DNA of 64,000 nucleotides from Lentisphaeraceae bacterium (GTDB taxonomy: Bacteria > Verrucomicrobiota > Kiritimatiellia > RFP12 > UBA1067), in NCBI GenBank assembly GCA_004551905.1, contig SFPL01000092.1, positions 1,371 to 65,370 on the forward strand, given 5' to 3'. Positions 26,520 to 37,909 of this stretch are shown here, piece by piece. A program made the translations under genes and the position numbers. Within the stretch, counting starts at the first letter, position 1. Each line of letters opens with the position of its first letter. The notes under the pieces are model-generated. The model had not been told where the DNA came from. It saw only the letters and a program-made list of their open reading frames with translations, and did no database searches.

Positions 26520-27441
26520 GCTCTATCTCGTCTGGCTCGAGTGGCCGGAGAAGTGCTTCCGCGCTTCCGCCGCGGACATGCGGACGCTGGGGCGGCTCGT
26601 CCCGCGCGGGAGTCGCGTCGTCCGCGTCCGTTCCGAGCGCGCGTTCCTGAGGGAGCTGCCGCGCGCGACGCACGCGATCGTCTGGAGCTTCCGCCGCGAG
26701 TGGTTTGACGTCGCGAAGCGACTTGAGCTCCTCGCCACCCCGGCCGCCGGACGCGAACTGCTGCCCGAGACCGGACCGGAGGGCGTGAAGATCCACTTCG
26801 GCGGCTTTCACGGGCCGATCATGGCCGAGTCGGTGGCGGCGTTTGCGCTCGGCTGGGCGCGCGGCTTCTTTCGTCCTGAGCTCAGGTCGTCAGCCTGGCC
26901 GCGGAGCGAGCTGAGCGAAGTTGTAGGCGAGCTTGCCGGCACCCGGGCGGTGATCCTCGGCTACGGACGGGTGGGCCGCGCGATCGGCGATAAGCTTGCG
27001 GCGCTCGGAGTGGAGGTCTCCGGCTTCACCCGTCATGGGCTCTTCGCCGGCGGACGGCGCCTTCCGGCCCGGCGGTTAACCGATTTTCTCGCCAACGCGG
27101 ACTGGCTGGTGATGGCGCTTCCCTCGACTACTGGCACGGACAACTTCCTCTCCGCGAAGCTCATCGCAAAACTGCCGCGTCGCGCGGTGGTGATCAACGT
27201 CGGGCGCGGCAATTCGGTCGACGAGCGCGCTCTCGCCGCCGCGCTCAGGTCGGGACGCATCGCGGGCGCGTACCTCGACGTGCGCAAGCACGAGCCCACC
27301 GCGGCGGAGCTGGAGTCGCCCGGATACATGCGCGAGCTTGCGGACGCCCCCAACTGTTTCGTCATGCCGCACGCCTCGGCGTTTTCGCCGCGCTACCTCG
27401 AGCGCTGCTTCAGGGAATTGAAGGATGAAGGGCTCGTTTGA
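26485..27441 (+). CDS. D-isomer-specific 2-hydroxyacid dehydrogenase family protein
   Basis: NAD-binding ILGYGRVGRAIG, plus NVGRGNSVDE and MPHAS motifs. Start is uncertain (GTG 26485 overlaps the upstream gene). Confidence 0.7.
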   Translation: MSYTRAHSTKSRLYLVWLEWPEKCFRASAADMRTLGRLVPRGSRVVRVRSERAFLRELPRATHAIVWSFRREWFDVAKRLELLATPAAGRELLPETGPEGVKIHFGGFHGPIMAESVAAFALGWARGFFRPELRSSAWPRSELSEVVGELAGTRAVILGYGRVGRAIGDKLAALGVEVSGFTRHGLFAGGRRLPARRLTDFLANADWLVMALPSTTGTDNFLSAKLIAKLPRRAVVINVGRGNSVDERALAAALRSGRIAGAYLDVRKHEPTAAELESPGYMRELADAPNCFVMPHASAFSPRYLERCFRELKDEGLV

Positions 27442-27847
27442 GGTTGGCTCGGTGGAGGAGACCTGGGAGGTCGCGCGGCGGCTTGCCGCCGAGCTTGGGC
27501 CAGGCGACGTCGTCTGTCTCGAGGGCGATCTCGGCGCGGGCAAGACCACCTTCGTGCAGGGCTTGGCTGCGGCGATGGGCGTGGGCGGCAGGGTGATCTC
27601 GCCTACGTTCTGCCTCGTCTCCGAGCACCGCGGCGGCGGGCGGCTGCTCGTCCACATGGACCTCTATCGCCTGCGCGGCGAGGAGGACGTCCTATCCGTC
27701 GGCTGGGAGGACTACCTTTCCGAGGGCGCGGTAATCGCCGTCGAGTGGCCCGACCGCGCCGGCTCGCTCATTCCCGCCAACGCGCGCCACGTCCGCATCT
27801 CCGCGCCGTCCGGCGCCGGCGAGCGCCGCACGATCGAAATTGCGTAG
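27425..27847 (+). CDS. tsaE: tRNA t6A37 biosynthesis ATPase TsaE
   Basis: GDLGAGKTTFVQGL, SPTF, HMDLYRL and VEWP motifs. Confidence 0.85.
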   Translation: MKGSFEVGSVEETWEVARRLAAELGPGDVVCLEGDLGAGKTTFVQGLAAAMGVGGRVISPTFCLVSEHRGGGRLLVHMDLYRLRGEEDVLSVGWEDYLSEGAVIAVEWPDRAGSLIPANARHVRISAPSGAGERRTIEIA

Positions 27848-27877
27848 CTGTCGCAGTTGACTATCTCAAGCTCAATA

Positions 27878-27886
27878 TGCTATACT
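27878..27886 (+). promoter_or_regulatory. Extended -10 promoter (TGCTATACT) of tRNA-Cys
   Basis: Shares ATATGCTATA(A/C)TACGCAC with the gatA and flp promoters. 18 nt before the tRNA 5' end. Confidence 0.55.
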
Positions 27887-27904
27887 ACGCACTGTCTTAA
27901 CCAA

Positions 27905-27978
27905 GGTGGGATGGCCGAGCGGTTAGGCGGCGGACTGCAAATCCGCTTACAGCGGTTCAACTCCGCTTTCCACCTCCA
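27905..27978 (+). tRNA. tRNA-Cys (GCA)
   Basis: Cloverleaf built by hand: acceptor GGTGGGA/TTCCACC, anticodon arm GCGGA-CTGCAAA-TCCGC, T arm AGCGG-TTCAACT-CCGCT, encoded CCA. 74 nt. Confidence 0.85.
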
Positions 27979-27981
27979 GAG

Positions 27982-28010
27982 GAGCCGGGCGACCGGCTCT
28001 GATGTTTTTT
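27982..28010 (+). terminator. Rho-independent terminator after tRNA-Cys
   Basis: GAGCCGG-GCGA-CCGGCTC hairpin followed by TGATGTTTTTT. Confidence 0.75.
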
Positions 28011-28046
28011 ACGCGCCATGGCGTATTGCGCTCAGTGGGCAGATTT

Positions 28047-28055
28047 TGGTATAAT
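28047..28055 (+). promoter_or_regulatory. Extended -10 promoter (TGGTATAAT) of the DUF1080 gene
   Basis: 6 nt before ATG 28062. TTGCGC -35-like box 18 nt upstream. Confidence 0.55.
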
Positions 28056-28061
28056 TCTCTC

Positions 28062-29063
28062 ATGAAAACAAAAACTCTCTTGATTGCTGCGGCGGCGCTT
28101 GCGCTCGCCGGTTGTGTTTGCAACGGTCCCAAGTGCGGCAAGGGCGCTTGTGACGTCAATCCCTGCGACCCTGTCGTTGGCAACTGGTCGCTCGACCTCG
28201 GCTACGACTTCATGCCGGCCGGCAGCATGATCGCCACCCGCGACGCCGACGGCGCCGCCCAGGCGCTGGTGCTCTGGCGCTGGGCGTCGCCCATCAAGAT
28301 GGAGAATGTCAAGTTCTGCGGCAGCCGTTTTTCGTTTGACCATCCCTGGGGCTACAGGATCGAGGGCTTTGTGCAGGGCTGCTGCCTGACGGCTACGGCG
28401 ATCAGGAAGAACGGCCTGGGCGAAACCGCGATCACCGGCCGGCGCAATCCGCCGATCTGCCCCAACGCCAGAACCAAGGACGCCAAGTTCGGCGAGCCGA
28501 TCGACCTCCTGAAGGACGGCCTCGGCGGCTGGGAGACGATGGGCACCAACGGCAAGAACGGCTGGATCGTCTCCGAGGAGAAGGGCGAGAAGGTGCTCTC
28601 CAACAAGCTCGGCCTCAACAAGGACGGCAAGTGGGCAGGCGGCGGTCTCAACCTGAAGACGAAGCGCTCCGACTTCTACGACTTCAACCTCGAGTACGAC
28701 GTGCGCGTGCCCGCCGGGTCCAACTCCGGCGTCTACCTGCGCGGCCGCTACGAGATTCAGGTGCTGGACAGCTACGGCAAGCCGGTCGACTGCCATAACA
28801 TGGCCGCCTACTACGGCCGCGTCACCCCGAGCGTCGCCGCCGAGAAGAAGCCCGGCGAGTGGCAGCACGTGTCGGTCACGCTCTACAAGCGCCACCTGAC
28901 CGTCGTCCTCAACGGCACCACGATCATCGACAATGCCCCCGTGGTCGGCGTGACCGGCGGTGCGATCGACGCGAACGAGTTCAAGCCCGGCCCAATCTAC
29001 CTGCAGGGCGACCACTCCGACGCGGACTTCAAGAACATGGTGCTGCGTCCCGCAGTAAACTGA
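28062..29063 (+). CDS. DUF1080 (3-keto-disaccharide hydrolase-like) lipoprotein
   Basis: Lipobox LALAGC. SGVYLRGRYEIQVLDS...IYLQGDHSDADFKNMVLRP is typical of DUF1080. ATG lies 6 nt after TGGTATAAT, so the ORF-track start 28002 was rejected. Confidence 0.75.
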   Translation: MKTKTLLIAAAALALAGCVCNGPKCGKGACDVNPCDPVVGNWSLDLGYDFMPAGSMIATRDADGAAQALVLWRWASPIKMENVKFCGSRFSFDHPWGYRIEGFVQGCCLTATAIRKNGLGETAITGRRNPPICPNARTKDAKFGEPIDLLKDGLGGWETMGTNGKNGWIVSEEKGEKVLSNKLGLNKDGKWAGGGLNLKTKRSDFYDFNLEYDVRVPAGSNSGVYLRGRYEIQVLDSYGKPVDCHNMAAYYGRVTPSVAAEKKPGEWQHVSVTLYKRHLTVVLNGTTIIDNAPVVGVTGGAIDANEFKPGPIYLQGDHSDADFKNMVLRPAVN

Positions 29064-29074
29064 GCAAAACTTTC

Positions 29075-29917
29075 ATGATGCCGCCCGCGATACAGCCGGC
29101 CTTTCCGCCCCGCCCCGTCGACGCGAACAAGCGCTCGGTGGGGGTGGTGACGGTCGTCGGCGGCTCGGCGCGCTTCAACCACGCGCCGGTCATCGCCGCG
29201 CTCGGCGCCCGCGCCGCCGGCGCCGGGCTCGTGCAGCTGGTGGTGCCCGACGCCGCGCGCATCGCCGCCGGGGCGCTGGTACCGGAGGCGGTGTTCACCA
29301 AGCTTACTGCGACCTGCGTGCCGCCCAAGGCGGACGTGGAGGTGGTCGGCATGGGGCTCGGGGTGACCTCGAACTCCGAGGCCATCGTCTCGCGCCTCCT
29401 CTCCGGCGCCGGCGGCCGGTTCGTCATCGACGCGGACGCGCTCACCGTGCTCTCCGGCTGGTACGGGCGCACCGACGGCTACGATCCGGCGAGCGGACAG
29501 GAGCTGGTGCTCACGCCTCACGAGGGCGAGGCGGAGCGTCTCCTCGGCTGGCCGCGCGGAAAAGTGGCGGCGGACCGCGCGCTCGCGGCGCGCGAGATCG
29601 CGCTCCGCTACGGCGCCACCGTCGTCCTCAAGGGGCCGCGCACGCTCGTCGTCTCCGCCGACGCCAAGCGGGTGTTCGAGAACCCTGCCGGCAATCCGTA
29701 CATGGCGGTCGGCGGCATGGGCGACCTCCTGGCCGGCGTCATCGGCGCGCGCTGGGCGTATCTTAAGGGCGACCCGTTCATTGCCGTCGCCTCGGCGGTC
29801 TGGCTCCATTCCGCCGCTTCGGACGCGCTCGTCGCCGCCGCGCGCGACCCGTCGATCGTCAACACTGCGGCGGAAATAGGTTCGATGCGGGTTCGCATCG
29901 AGACGAAAGGAGAATAG
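29075..29917 (+). CDS. nnrD: ADP-dependent NAD(P)H-hydrate dehydratase (YjeF C-terminal family)
   Basis: GNPYMAVGGMGDLLAGVIGA motif and carbohydrate-kinase-like fold pattern. Start ATG 29075 chosen within the longer ORF. Confidence 0.75.
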   Translation: MMPPAIQPAFPPRPVDANKRSVGVVTVVGGSARFNHAPVIAALGARAAGAGLVQLVVPDAARIAAGALVPEAVFTKLTATCVPPKADVEVVGMGLGVTSNSEAIVSRLLSGAGGRFVIDADALTVLSGWYGRTDGYDPASGQELVLTPHEGEAERLLGWPRGKVAADRALAAREIALRYGATVVLKGPRTLVVSADAKRVFENPAGNPYMAVGGMGDLLAGVIGARWAYLKGDPFIAVASAVWLHSAASDALVAAARDPSIVNTAAEIGSMRVRIETKGE

Positions 29918-29919
29918 GC

Positions 29920-31449
29920 ATGAAGAAGAGTTTTCAGTTGGCGGCGGTTGCGTTCGCCGCGTTCCCGGTGCTGGCGGCGGAACCGATGGCCACCGCGCGG
30001 ATAGTTGTGGACATGGCGAAGGAGCTGCGGGCGGTCAAGCCGATGAACGCCGTCAACAACGGCCCGGCGGTGAAGAAGCCGGGTGGCGACCAGAAGGTAG
30101 GCAACTTCGAGTCCTACAAGTCCGCGCGCATACCCTTCGCGCGCCTCCATGATTCCATCAACTGCTGCCCCGGCGGTGCACATGCGGTGGACGTCAGCGC
30201 CGTGTTCCCGGATTTCGACGCCGACGAAACGCTGCCCGAAAGCTACGATTTCGTGGCCACCGACCACTACCTCGACACGATCGCGCGTTCGGGCACGAAG
30301 ATTTTCTATCGTCTCGGCCAGACTATCGAGCACGGTCCGAAGAAGTACGGCGCGCTGCCGCCGAAGGACTATGCGAAGTGGGCGAGGGTCTGCGAGCACA
30401 TCGTCCGCCACTACAACGAGGGCTGGGGCTGGGGCGTCGACCGCGCGCGCACCACCCAGAACATCGTCTTCTCCAACCAGTTCAACATTGTCTACTGGGA
30501 GATCTGGAACGAGCCCGACCTCGACCCCTACGAGGATATCGAGAAGAACGTGAACCCGCGCTGCTGGGGCGGCACGGTCACCGAATTCTTCAAGCTGTAC
30601 GAGACGGCCGCGAAGCACCTGAAGGCGAAGTTCCCCGAGCTCAAGATTGGCGGGCCGGCGATCTGCGGCCGCATCGACTGGGGGCGTCGCTTCATCGCCT
30701 GGTGCCGTGACACCAAGTCTCCGCTCGACTTCTTCAGCTGGCACGGCTACACCGTCGAGCCAAAGTTTCTGGCGCAGTCGGCGATCGCATGGCGGCGCGC
30801 GCTCGACGAGGCCGGCTTCAAGACGACCGAGTCGATCCTCAACGAGTGGAACTACGTGAAGGGCTGGAGCGACGACTGGCCGTATTCGCTCGACGTGGAG
30901 TCCGGCCGCGGCAACCAGAAGGCCGCAGCCTTCATCGCAGCGACGATGATCGACTGCCAGAACGTCCCGCTCGACCTGCTGATGTTCTACGACGCGAAGG
31001 TGTCGAGTGGCATGAACTGCCTTTTCGAGAAGTCCACGCTGCTGCCGATGAAGGGGTACTATCCGTTCTACGCCTGGGCGCGCGTCGCCGACTACGGCAC
31101 CGAGGTGCAGTGCGATGTCCACGAAGGCCGCGGCGCCAAAACCGACGCCGCCACTGGCGTCGTCTACCCCGACCTCAAGGCCAAGGTGAACAACGGGGCT
31201 TTCCGCGCAATCGCGGCGAAGGGTGCGAACGGCCACGGCTGTGTGTTTATCGCGCGCTATTCCGATGACAACAACGTGACCGACACCGCCGAGGTGACGG
31301 TGTCGGTGCCGGGCGTCGACCTCGCCGGTGCGAAGGCGCACCTCACCGACCTGGTGCGCACTTACACCGAAGTTCCGCTTCTCTCCGCCCCTGGCGGTGC
31401 CGGGCTGCTTTTCATGATGCCAAATTCGTTTGCGCTGATCGAGTTCTAG
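29920..31449 (+). CDS. Secreted clan GH-A glycoside hydrolase (GH39-like)
   Basis: Signal peptide. YWEIWNEPD (acid/base) and ILNEWN (nucleophile-like) motifs. aaaggag SD. Confidence 0.6.
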   Translation: MKKSFQLAAVAFAAFPVLAAEPMATARIVVDMAKELRAVKPMNAVNNGPAVKKPGGDQKVGNFESYKSARIPFARLHDSINCCPGGAHAVDVSAVFPDFDADETLPESYDFVATDHYLDTIARSGTKIFYRLGQTIEHGPKKYGALPPKDYAKWARVCEHIVRHYNEGWGWGVDRARTTQNIVFSNQFNIVYWEIWNEPDLDPYEDIEKNVNPRCWGGTVTEFFKLYETAAKHLKAKFPELKIGGPAICGRIDWGRRFIAWCRDTKSPLDFFSWHGYTVEPKFLAQSAIAWRRALDEAGFKTTESILNEWNYVKGWSDDWPYSLDVESGRGNQKAAAFIAATMIDCQNVPLDLLMFYDAKVSSGMNCLFEKSTLLPMKGYYPFYAWARVADYGTEVQCDVHEGRGAKTDAATGVVYPDLKAKVNNGAFRAIAAKGANGHGCVFIARYSDDNNVTDTAEVTVSVPGVDLAGAKAHLTDLVRTYTEVPLLSAPGGAGLLFMMPNSFALIEF

Positions 31450-31480
31450 TCCAGCTTAAACATCACGGGAGACCGATTAG

Positions 31481-34296
<2,816 letters not shown>

Positions 34297-34307
34297 GGGA
34301 CTGGCCG

Positions 34308-35195
34308 ATGCGCCGGCTCGACCTCGTCGTTCTGGAACGGCATCCCGACTTCTCGCGTTCGCGGGTGGAGGGGCTGGTCAAGGCCGGCTTCGTCACCGTC
34401 AACGGCGCGGTCGCGTCGAAAGCCGGGATGAAGGTCGCCGACTCTGACGAAATCGTGGTCGAGATTCCGCCGCCGGTGCCAGCGGTGCCGGAGCCGGAGG
34501 ACATACCGCTCGCGATCGTCTACGAGGACGACGACCTCGTCGTCGTCGACAAGCCGCCGGGGATGGTGGTGCATCCGGCGCCGGGGCACTTCACGGGAAC
34601 GCTAGTCAATGCGCTCCTTCACCACTGCCCGTCGCTCTCCGGCATCGGCGGTGTGGCGCGTCCTGGAATCGTCCACCGCCTTGACCAGGACACGTCGGGG
34701 CTGATCGTGGTTGCGAAGACCCAGCGCGCCATGGATGCGCTCGCCCGTGCCTTTGCGAGCCACGACAAGGTGGAGAAGACGTATCTCGCCGTCTGCCACG
34801 GCCGTCCGCGCCTCGACTCCGGGCGCATTGAGAGCATGATCGGGCGCCATCCCGTCGATCGCAAGCGGATGGCGGTGGTCGAGAAGGGCGGGAAGCTCGC
34901 GGTCACCAACTGGCGGGTGGCGAAGTTCATGCCGGAGACGAACATCTCGCTCGTTGAGTGCCGCATCGAGACGGGCCGCACCCACCAGATCCGGGTGCAC
35001 ATGGCCTCGCTCGGATGCCCCGTGATCGGCGACTCCGTCTACGGTCGCCGCGCGCTCGACAAGCGGCTCGGCCCCGTCCCGGCGCGGCAGATGCTCCACG
35101 CCTGGCGGCTTTCGCTGTCCCATCCCGCCGACGGACGCCGCATGGACTTCGAGTCGCCGCTCCCAGTCGACATGCTCGCATATCTGCCTGGCTGA
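34308..35195 (+). CDS. rluD: RluA/RluD-family 23S rRNA pseudouridine synthase
   Basis: S4-like N-terminus plus HRLDQDTSGLIVVAK and THQIRVH motifs. Confidence 0.85.
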   Translation: MRRLDLVVLERHPDFSRSRVEGLVKAGFVTVNGAVASKAGMKVADSDEIVVEIPPPVPAVPEPEDIPLAIVYEDDDLVVVDKPPGMVVHPAPGHFTGTLVNALLHHCPSLSGIGGVARPGIVHRLDQDTSGLIVVAKTQRAMDALARAFASHDKVEKTYLAVCHGRPRLDSGRIESMIGRHPVDRKRMAVVEKGGKLAVTNWRVAKFMPETNISLVECRIETGRTHQIRVHMASLGCPVIGDSVYGRRALDKRLGPVPARQMLHAWRLSLSHPADGRRMDFESPLPVDMLAYLPG

Positions 35196-35198
35196 CGG

Positions 35199-35227
35199 TT
35201 GCACGGGTAGCCGGGATATGCTATAAT
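35199..35227 (+). promoter_or_regulatory. Sigma70-type promoter of the lipoprotein operon (-35 TTGCAC, 17-nt spacer, TGCTATAAT)
   Basis: Read directly. A 56-nt leader with aaaggagg SD precedes ATG 35284. Confidence 0.6.
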
Positions 35228-35283
35228 ACCTTTCCACAAGGCCAGTGCAATGTGCCTGGCGAAAATCCATCAAAGGAGGCTGA

Positions 35284-35664
35284 ATGAAGTCAGTGATAAT
35301 GTGCGGCGCTGTTCTCGGGGCGCTGCTGTTCGCCGGATGCAAGGCTACCAACGTTCCGCCGCCTGATCGTCGCGTGACAATCGCGCCGGATCTAGGCACC
35401 AGCATCTACGTGACCGACGTCCGTTGCGTGAAGGGCTCTTCCGACTGCTACACCTTCCAGGCGAACGTGGTGAACAACACCTCGTCCCAGCGCGCGGTGG
35501 AGTGGAAGGTAGTCTGGCTCGACGCCGACGGCATGGAGATTGACTCGACCGTCTCTTCCTGGGCGGCGCGCATGATCCAGCCCTACGAAGTCTGCGCCCT
35601 GAAAGGGACGGCGCCGACCAAGGCGGCCGTCGACATGATGTTCTACGTCCGCAAGGCGAAGTAA
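35284..35664 (+). CDS. YcfL-like (DUF1425) lipoprotein
   Basis: Lipobox LLFAGC. 126 aa. VEWKVVWLDADGMEI...AVDMMFYVRK parallels the E. coli YcfL pattern (YRFYWYDARGLEM...VRLYLYL). Confidence 0.65.
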   Translation: MKSVIMCGAVLGALLFAGCKATNVPPPDRRVTIAPDLGTSIYVTDVRCVKGSSDCYTFQANVVNNTSSQRAVEWKVVWLDADGMEIDSTVSSWAARMIQPYEVCALKGTAPTKAAVDMMFYVRKAK

Positions 35665-35680
35665 CCGAAAGGATCCGAGA

Positions 35681-36217
35681 ATGAACTTCCGCAACATGAT
35701 TCTGGCGCTCTCGGCCATGACTGCTTCCGTCGGCATTGCCGCCGGCTTCGAGGCCGGCAAGGGTGTTGCCAACGACCTCGCCACCGGCGCTAACCAGCGC
35801 GACGTCACTTTCGTCGAGCGCGGCGGCAACAACTCCTACGGCTGGCAGTCCTACGACATCGTGCTCGGGGTGACGGTGCTGCCGTGGTCGATTCCCAACG
35901 AAGAAAGCAGCGTCTACGGACTGAGGCTCAACCTCGGCTGGGGCGCGTATGTTGACACCTACGGCCTCGATGCGGGACTCTTCTCGAACTGCTCGCGCGA
36001 TTTCGGCGGCATCGCGGCGAACTTCTGCGGCAACCTCGTCGGCGGAACCATGGGCGGCATCCAGGTCGGTGCGGTCAATGTGGTCCACGGACCGGCCTAC
36101 GGCCTGCAGATAGCGTTCGTCAATTTCGCGGAGGACCTGCACGGCGTGCAGATCGGCGCACTCAACTTCAACAACTCGGGGCTCAGGTGCTTCCCGATCA
36201 TCAACATAGGATTCTAA
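35681..36217 (+). CDS. Secreted GxQxGxxN-repeat protein ending CFPIINIGF (paralog of 10473-11054)
   Basis: Signal peptide. GIQVGAVN, GLQIAFVN, GVQIGALN repeats. C-terminal nonamer nearly identical to the paralog. Confidence 0.6.
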   Translation: MNFRNMILALSAMTASVGIAAGFEAGKGVANDLATGANQRDVTFVERGGNNSYGWQSYDIVLGVTVLPWSIPNEESSVYGLRLNLGWGAYVDTYGLDAGLFSNCSRDFGGIAANFCGNLVGGTMGGIQVGAVNVVHGPAYGLQIAFVNFAEDLHGVQIGALNFNNSGLRCFPIINIGF

Positions 36218-36233
36218 GAAAGGACAAGGGAAA

Positions 36234-36797
36234 ATGAACAAGCTCGTATATGGATTTGCTGTCGCCGCCGCGCTCGCCGCTGCCGGCTGCGCAACTGAGC
36301 AGACCCGCCGCATCGCCCGCGGCGAGGATACCGAGGTGACCTCCGGCTTCGCTGAGGCCGACCTCAACATCGTGGTCAGCGAGGCCGTGCAGGGCATCAA
36401 CAAGGCATCGGCCAGGTATGCCAAGGACGATGCGCGCCGCGTCGTCAACGTAAAGCCGTTCACCGTCGACACCACCGCCCGCGGCGCGCAGGCGAGCTAT
36501 CTCGCCGATTCGCTCAAGACCATGTTCGAGGAGGCACTGATGGGCTGGGACGGCGAGGGCGGCAAATTCGTAGTCTACAACGAGAACTTCGCCGCGCAGA
36601 CCGGCCGGGCGACGGTGCAGCCGGAATTCATCCTCACCGGCAAGCTGAGCGAGCAGAACGTCCGCCGCGACAACGGCAACTTCTACAAGGAGAACTCGCT
36701 GATGCTCAGGCTCACTGACGTCGCCACCGGTCTTGACTTCTGGCAGAAGCGCGTGCCGCTCCAGAAGGCGGTCGACAAGAAGAACGTGATGAACTGA
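36234..36797 (+). CDS. LpoB-like (COG3417-type) lipoprotein
   Basis: Lipobox LAAAGC. Pattern VVNVKPFTVDTT...KFVVYNE...FILTGKLSE...YKENSLMLRLTDVATGLDFWQK matches the LpoB/FlgO-like fold signature. Confidence 0.6.
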   Translation: MNKLVYGFAVAAALAAAGCATEQTRRIARGEDTEVTSGFAEADLNIVVSEAVQGINKASARYAKDDARRVVNVKPFTVDTTARGAQASYLADSLKTMFEEALMGWDGEGGKFVVYNENFAAQTGRATVQPEFILTGKLSEQNVRRDNGNFYKENSLMLRLTDVATGLDFWQKRVPLQKAVDKKNVMN

Positions 36798-36832
36798 AAT
36801 AGCGGCAAATTCCGCAGGAAAGGAGACCAGCA

Positions 36833-37909
36833 ATGAAGGCTATGCGGAAAATGACGACGCTCGCGCTTGCATGCGCGGCAGCTGTCTGTTCGTTCGGCGC
36901 CGAAGGTCTGACCGAGGCGCAGGAGGCCGTCGCAAAAGCTGGCCCCAAGAAGCTCCGGCTCATGGTCGCGGGTTTTGGCACGATCGAGTCCATGGTCCAG
37001 GTGGACAAGTGGCTTGGCGAGCAGATGCCGGAGCAGAACAACAGCGCGACTCCGCCGACGCTGAGCCAGGCCGACAAGATCAAGGACCCGGCCCTCGACC
37101 GCGAAGTCGTGCGGTTCAACTGGCATTCGCGCAAGATGGAGTACATCCGCGAGACGGACATGGTGCAGCAGGAGAACCTCCGCAACAAGCGGCTTCTCAA
37201 CGAACTGCGCATGAAGGTCCTGACCGACGCGTCGCAGCGCTACGTTCCGCTGGCCAAGGACTATCTCCAGGCTGCGCTTTCCGAGAAAGGCTCGCTCATA
37301 CAGGTCATCGACCGCTCCAATGCCGACATGAACATGGTTGAGCAGGGGCTGAACGGAGACAACTCGTCGGCTCTTGCCGGTGCGACCTGCATACTCACCG
37401 CCGCGATGGGCGACCGCGAGGAGGAGTCTCGCACGATAACCGTCAATGGAAAGGGAACGAAGGTCAAGACGACCACGTACACCCAGCCGTACGTCGGCAA
37501 GGTGCGCGACCTTCAGGGGAATGTGCTTTTCGCGTTCAAGGGCACGAGCGAATGGAGCACGAAGGTGAACAACATCGTCAAGAGTGAGCTGTCCGACCCG
37601 TCGCGCAAGCTGATCGAGAGCGCGTGCGAGCAGATTGCCGACAAGGTGCTGGGCTTCTTCACGTGCAAGCTGTCGTTCAAGATCAAGACCCCGAAGGGAA
37701 TTGACGCCGACGACGCGACCGTCAAGATAGACGGCAAGACGGTCGACAGCGACGACTCTGTGCGCGTCCTGAAGATCGAACACGCGCTTGTCGCGACACT
37801 TGACGGCTGCAAGCCTGTGCGCAAGGTCATAGAAATGGACGAAGCCGACGGCGACAAGACGATCAAGATCGTCTTCAAGAAGCCTGCCGCAGACGGGGAG
37901 GACGACTGA
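36833..37909 (+). CDS. Secreted/lipoprotein with LpoB/CsgG-like domain and C-terminal PEGA-like domain
   Basis: Signal peptide. KLRLMVAGFG..., LIQVIDRSN..., CILTAAMGD... and a KIKTPKGIDADDATVKIDGKTV tail. aaaggag SD. Confidence 0.45.
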   Translation: MKAMRKMTTLALACAAAVCSFGAEGLTEAQEAVAKAGPKKLRLMVAGFGTIESMVQVDKWLGEQMPEQNNSATPPTLSQADKIKDPALDREVVRFNWHSRKMEYIRETDMVQQENLRNKRLLNELRMKVLTDASQRYVPLAKDYLQAALSEKGSLIQVIDRSNADMNMVEQGLNGDNSSALAGATCILTAAMGDREEESRTITVNGKGTKVKTTTYTQPYVGKVRDLQGNVLFAFKGTSEWSTKVNNIVKSELSDPSRKLIESACEQIADKVLGFFTCKLSFKIKTPKGIDADDATVKIDGKTVDSDDSVRVLKIEHALVATLDGCKPVRKVIEMDEADGDKTIKIVFKKPAADGEDD

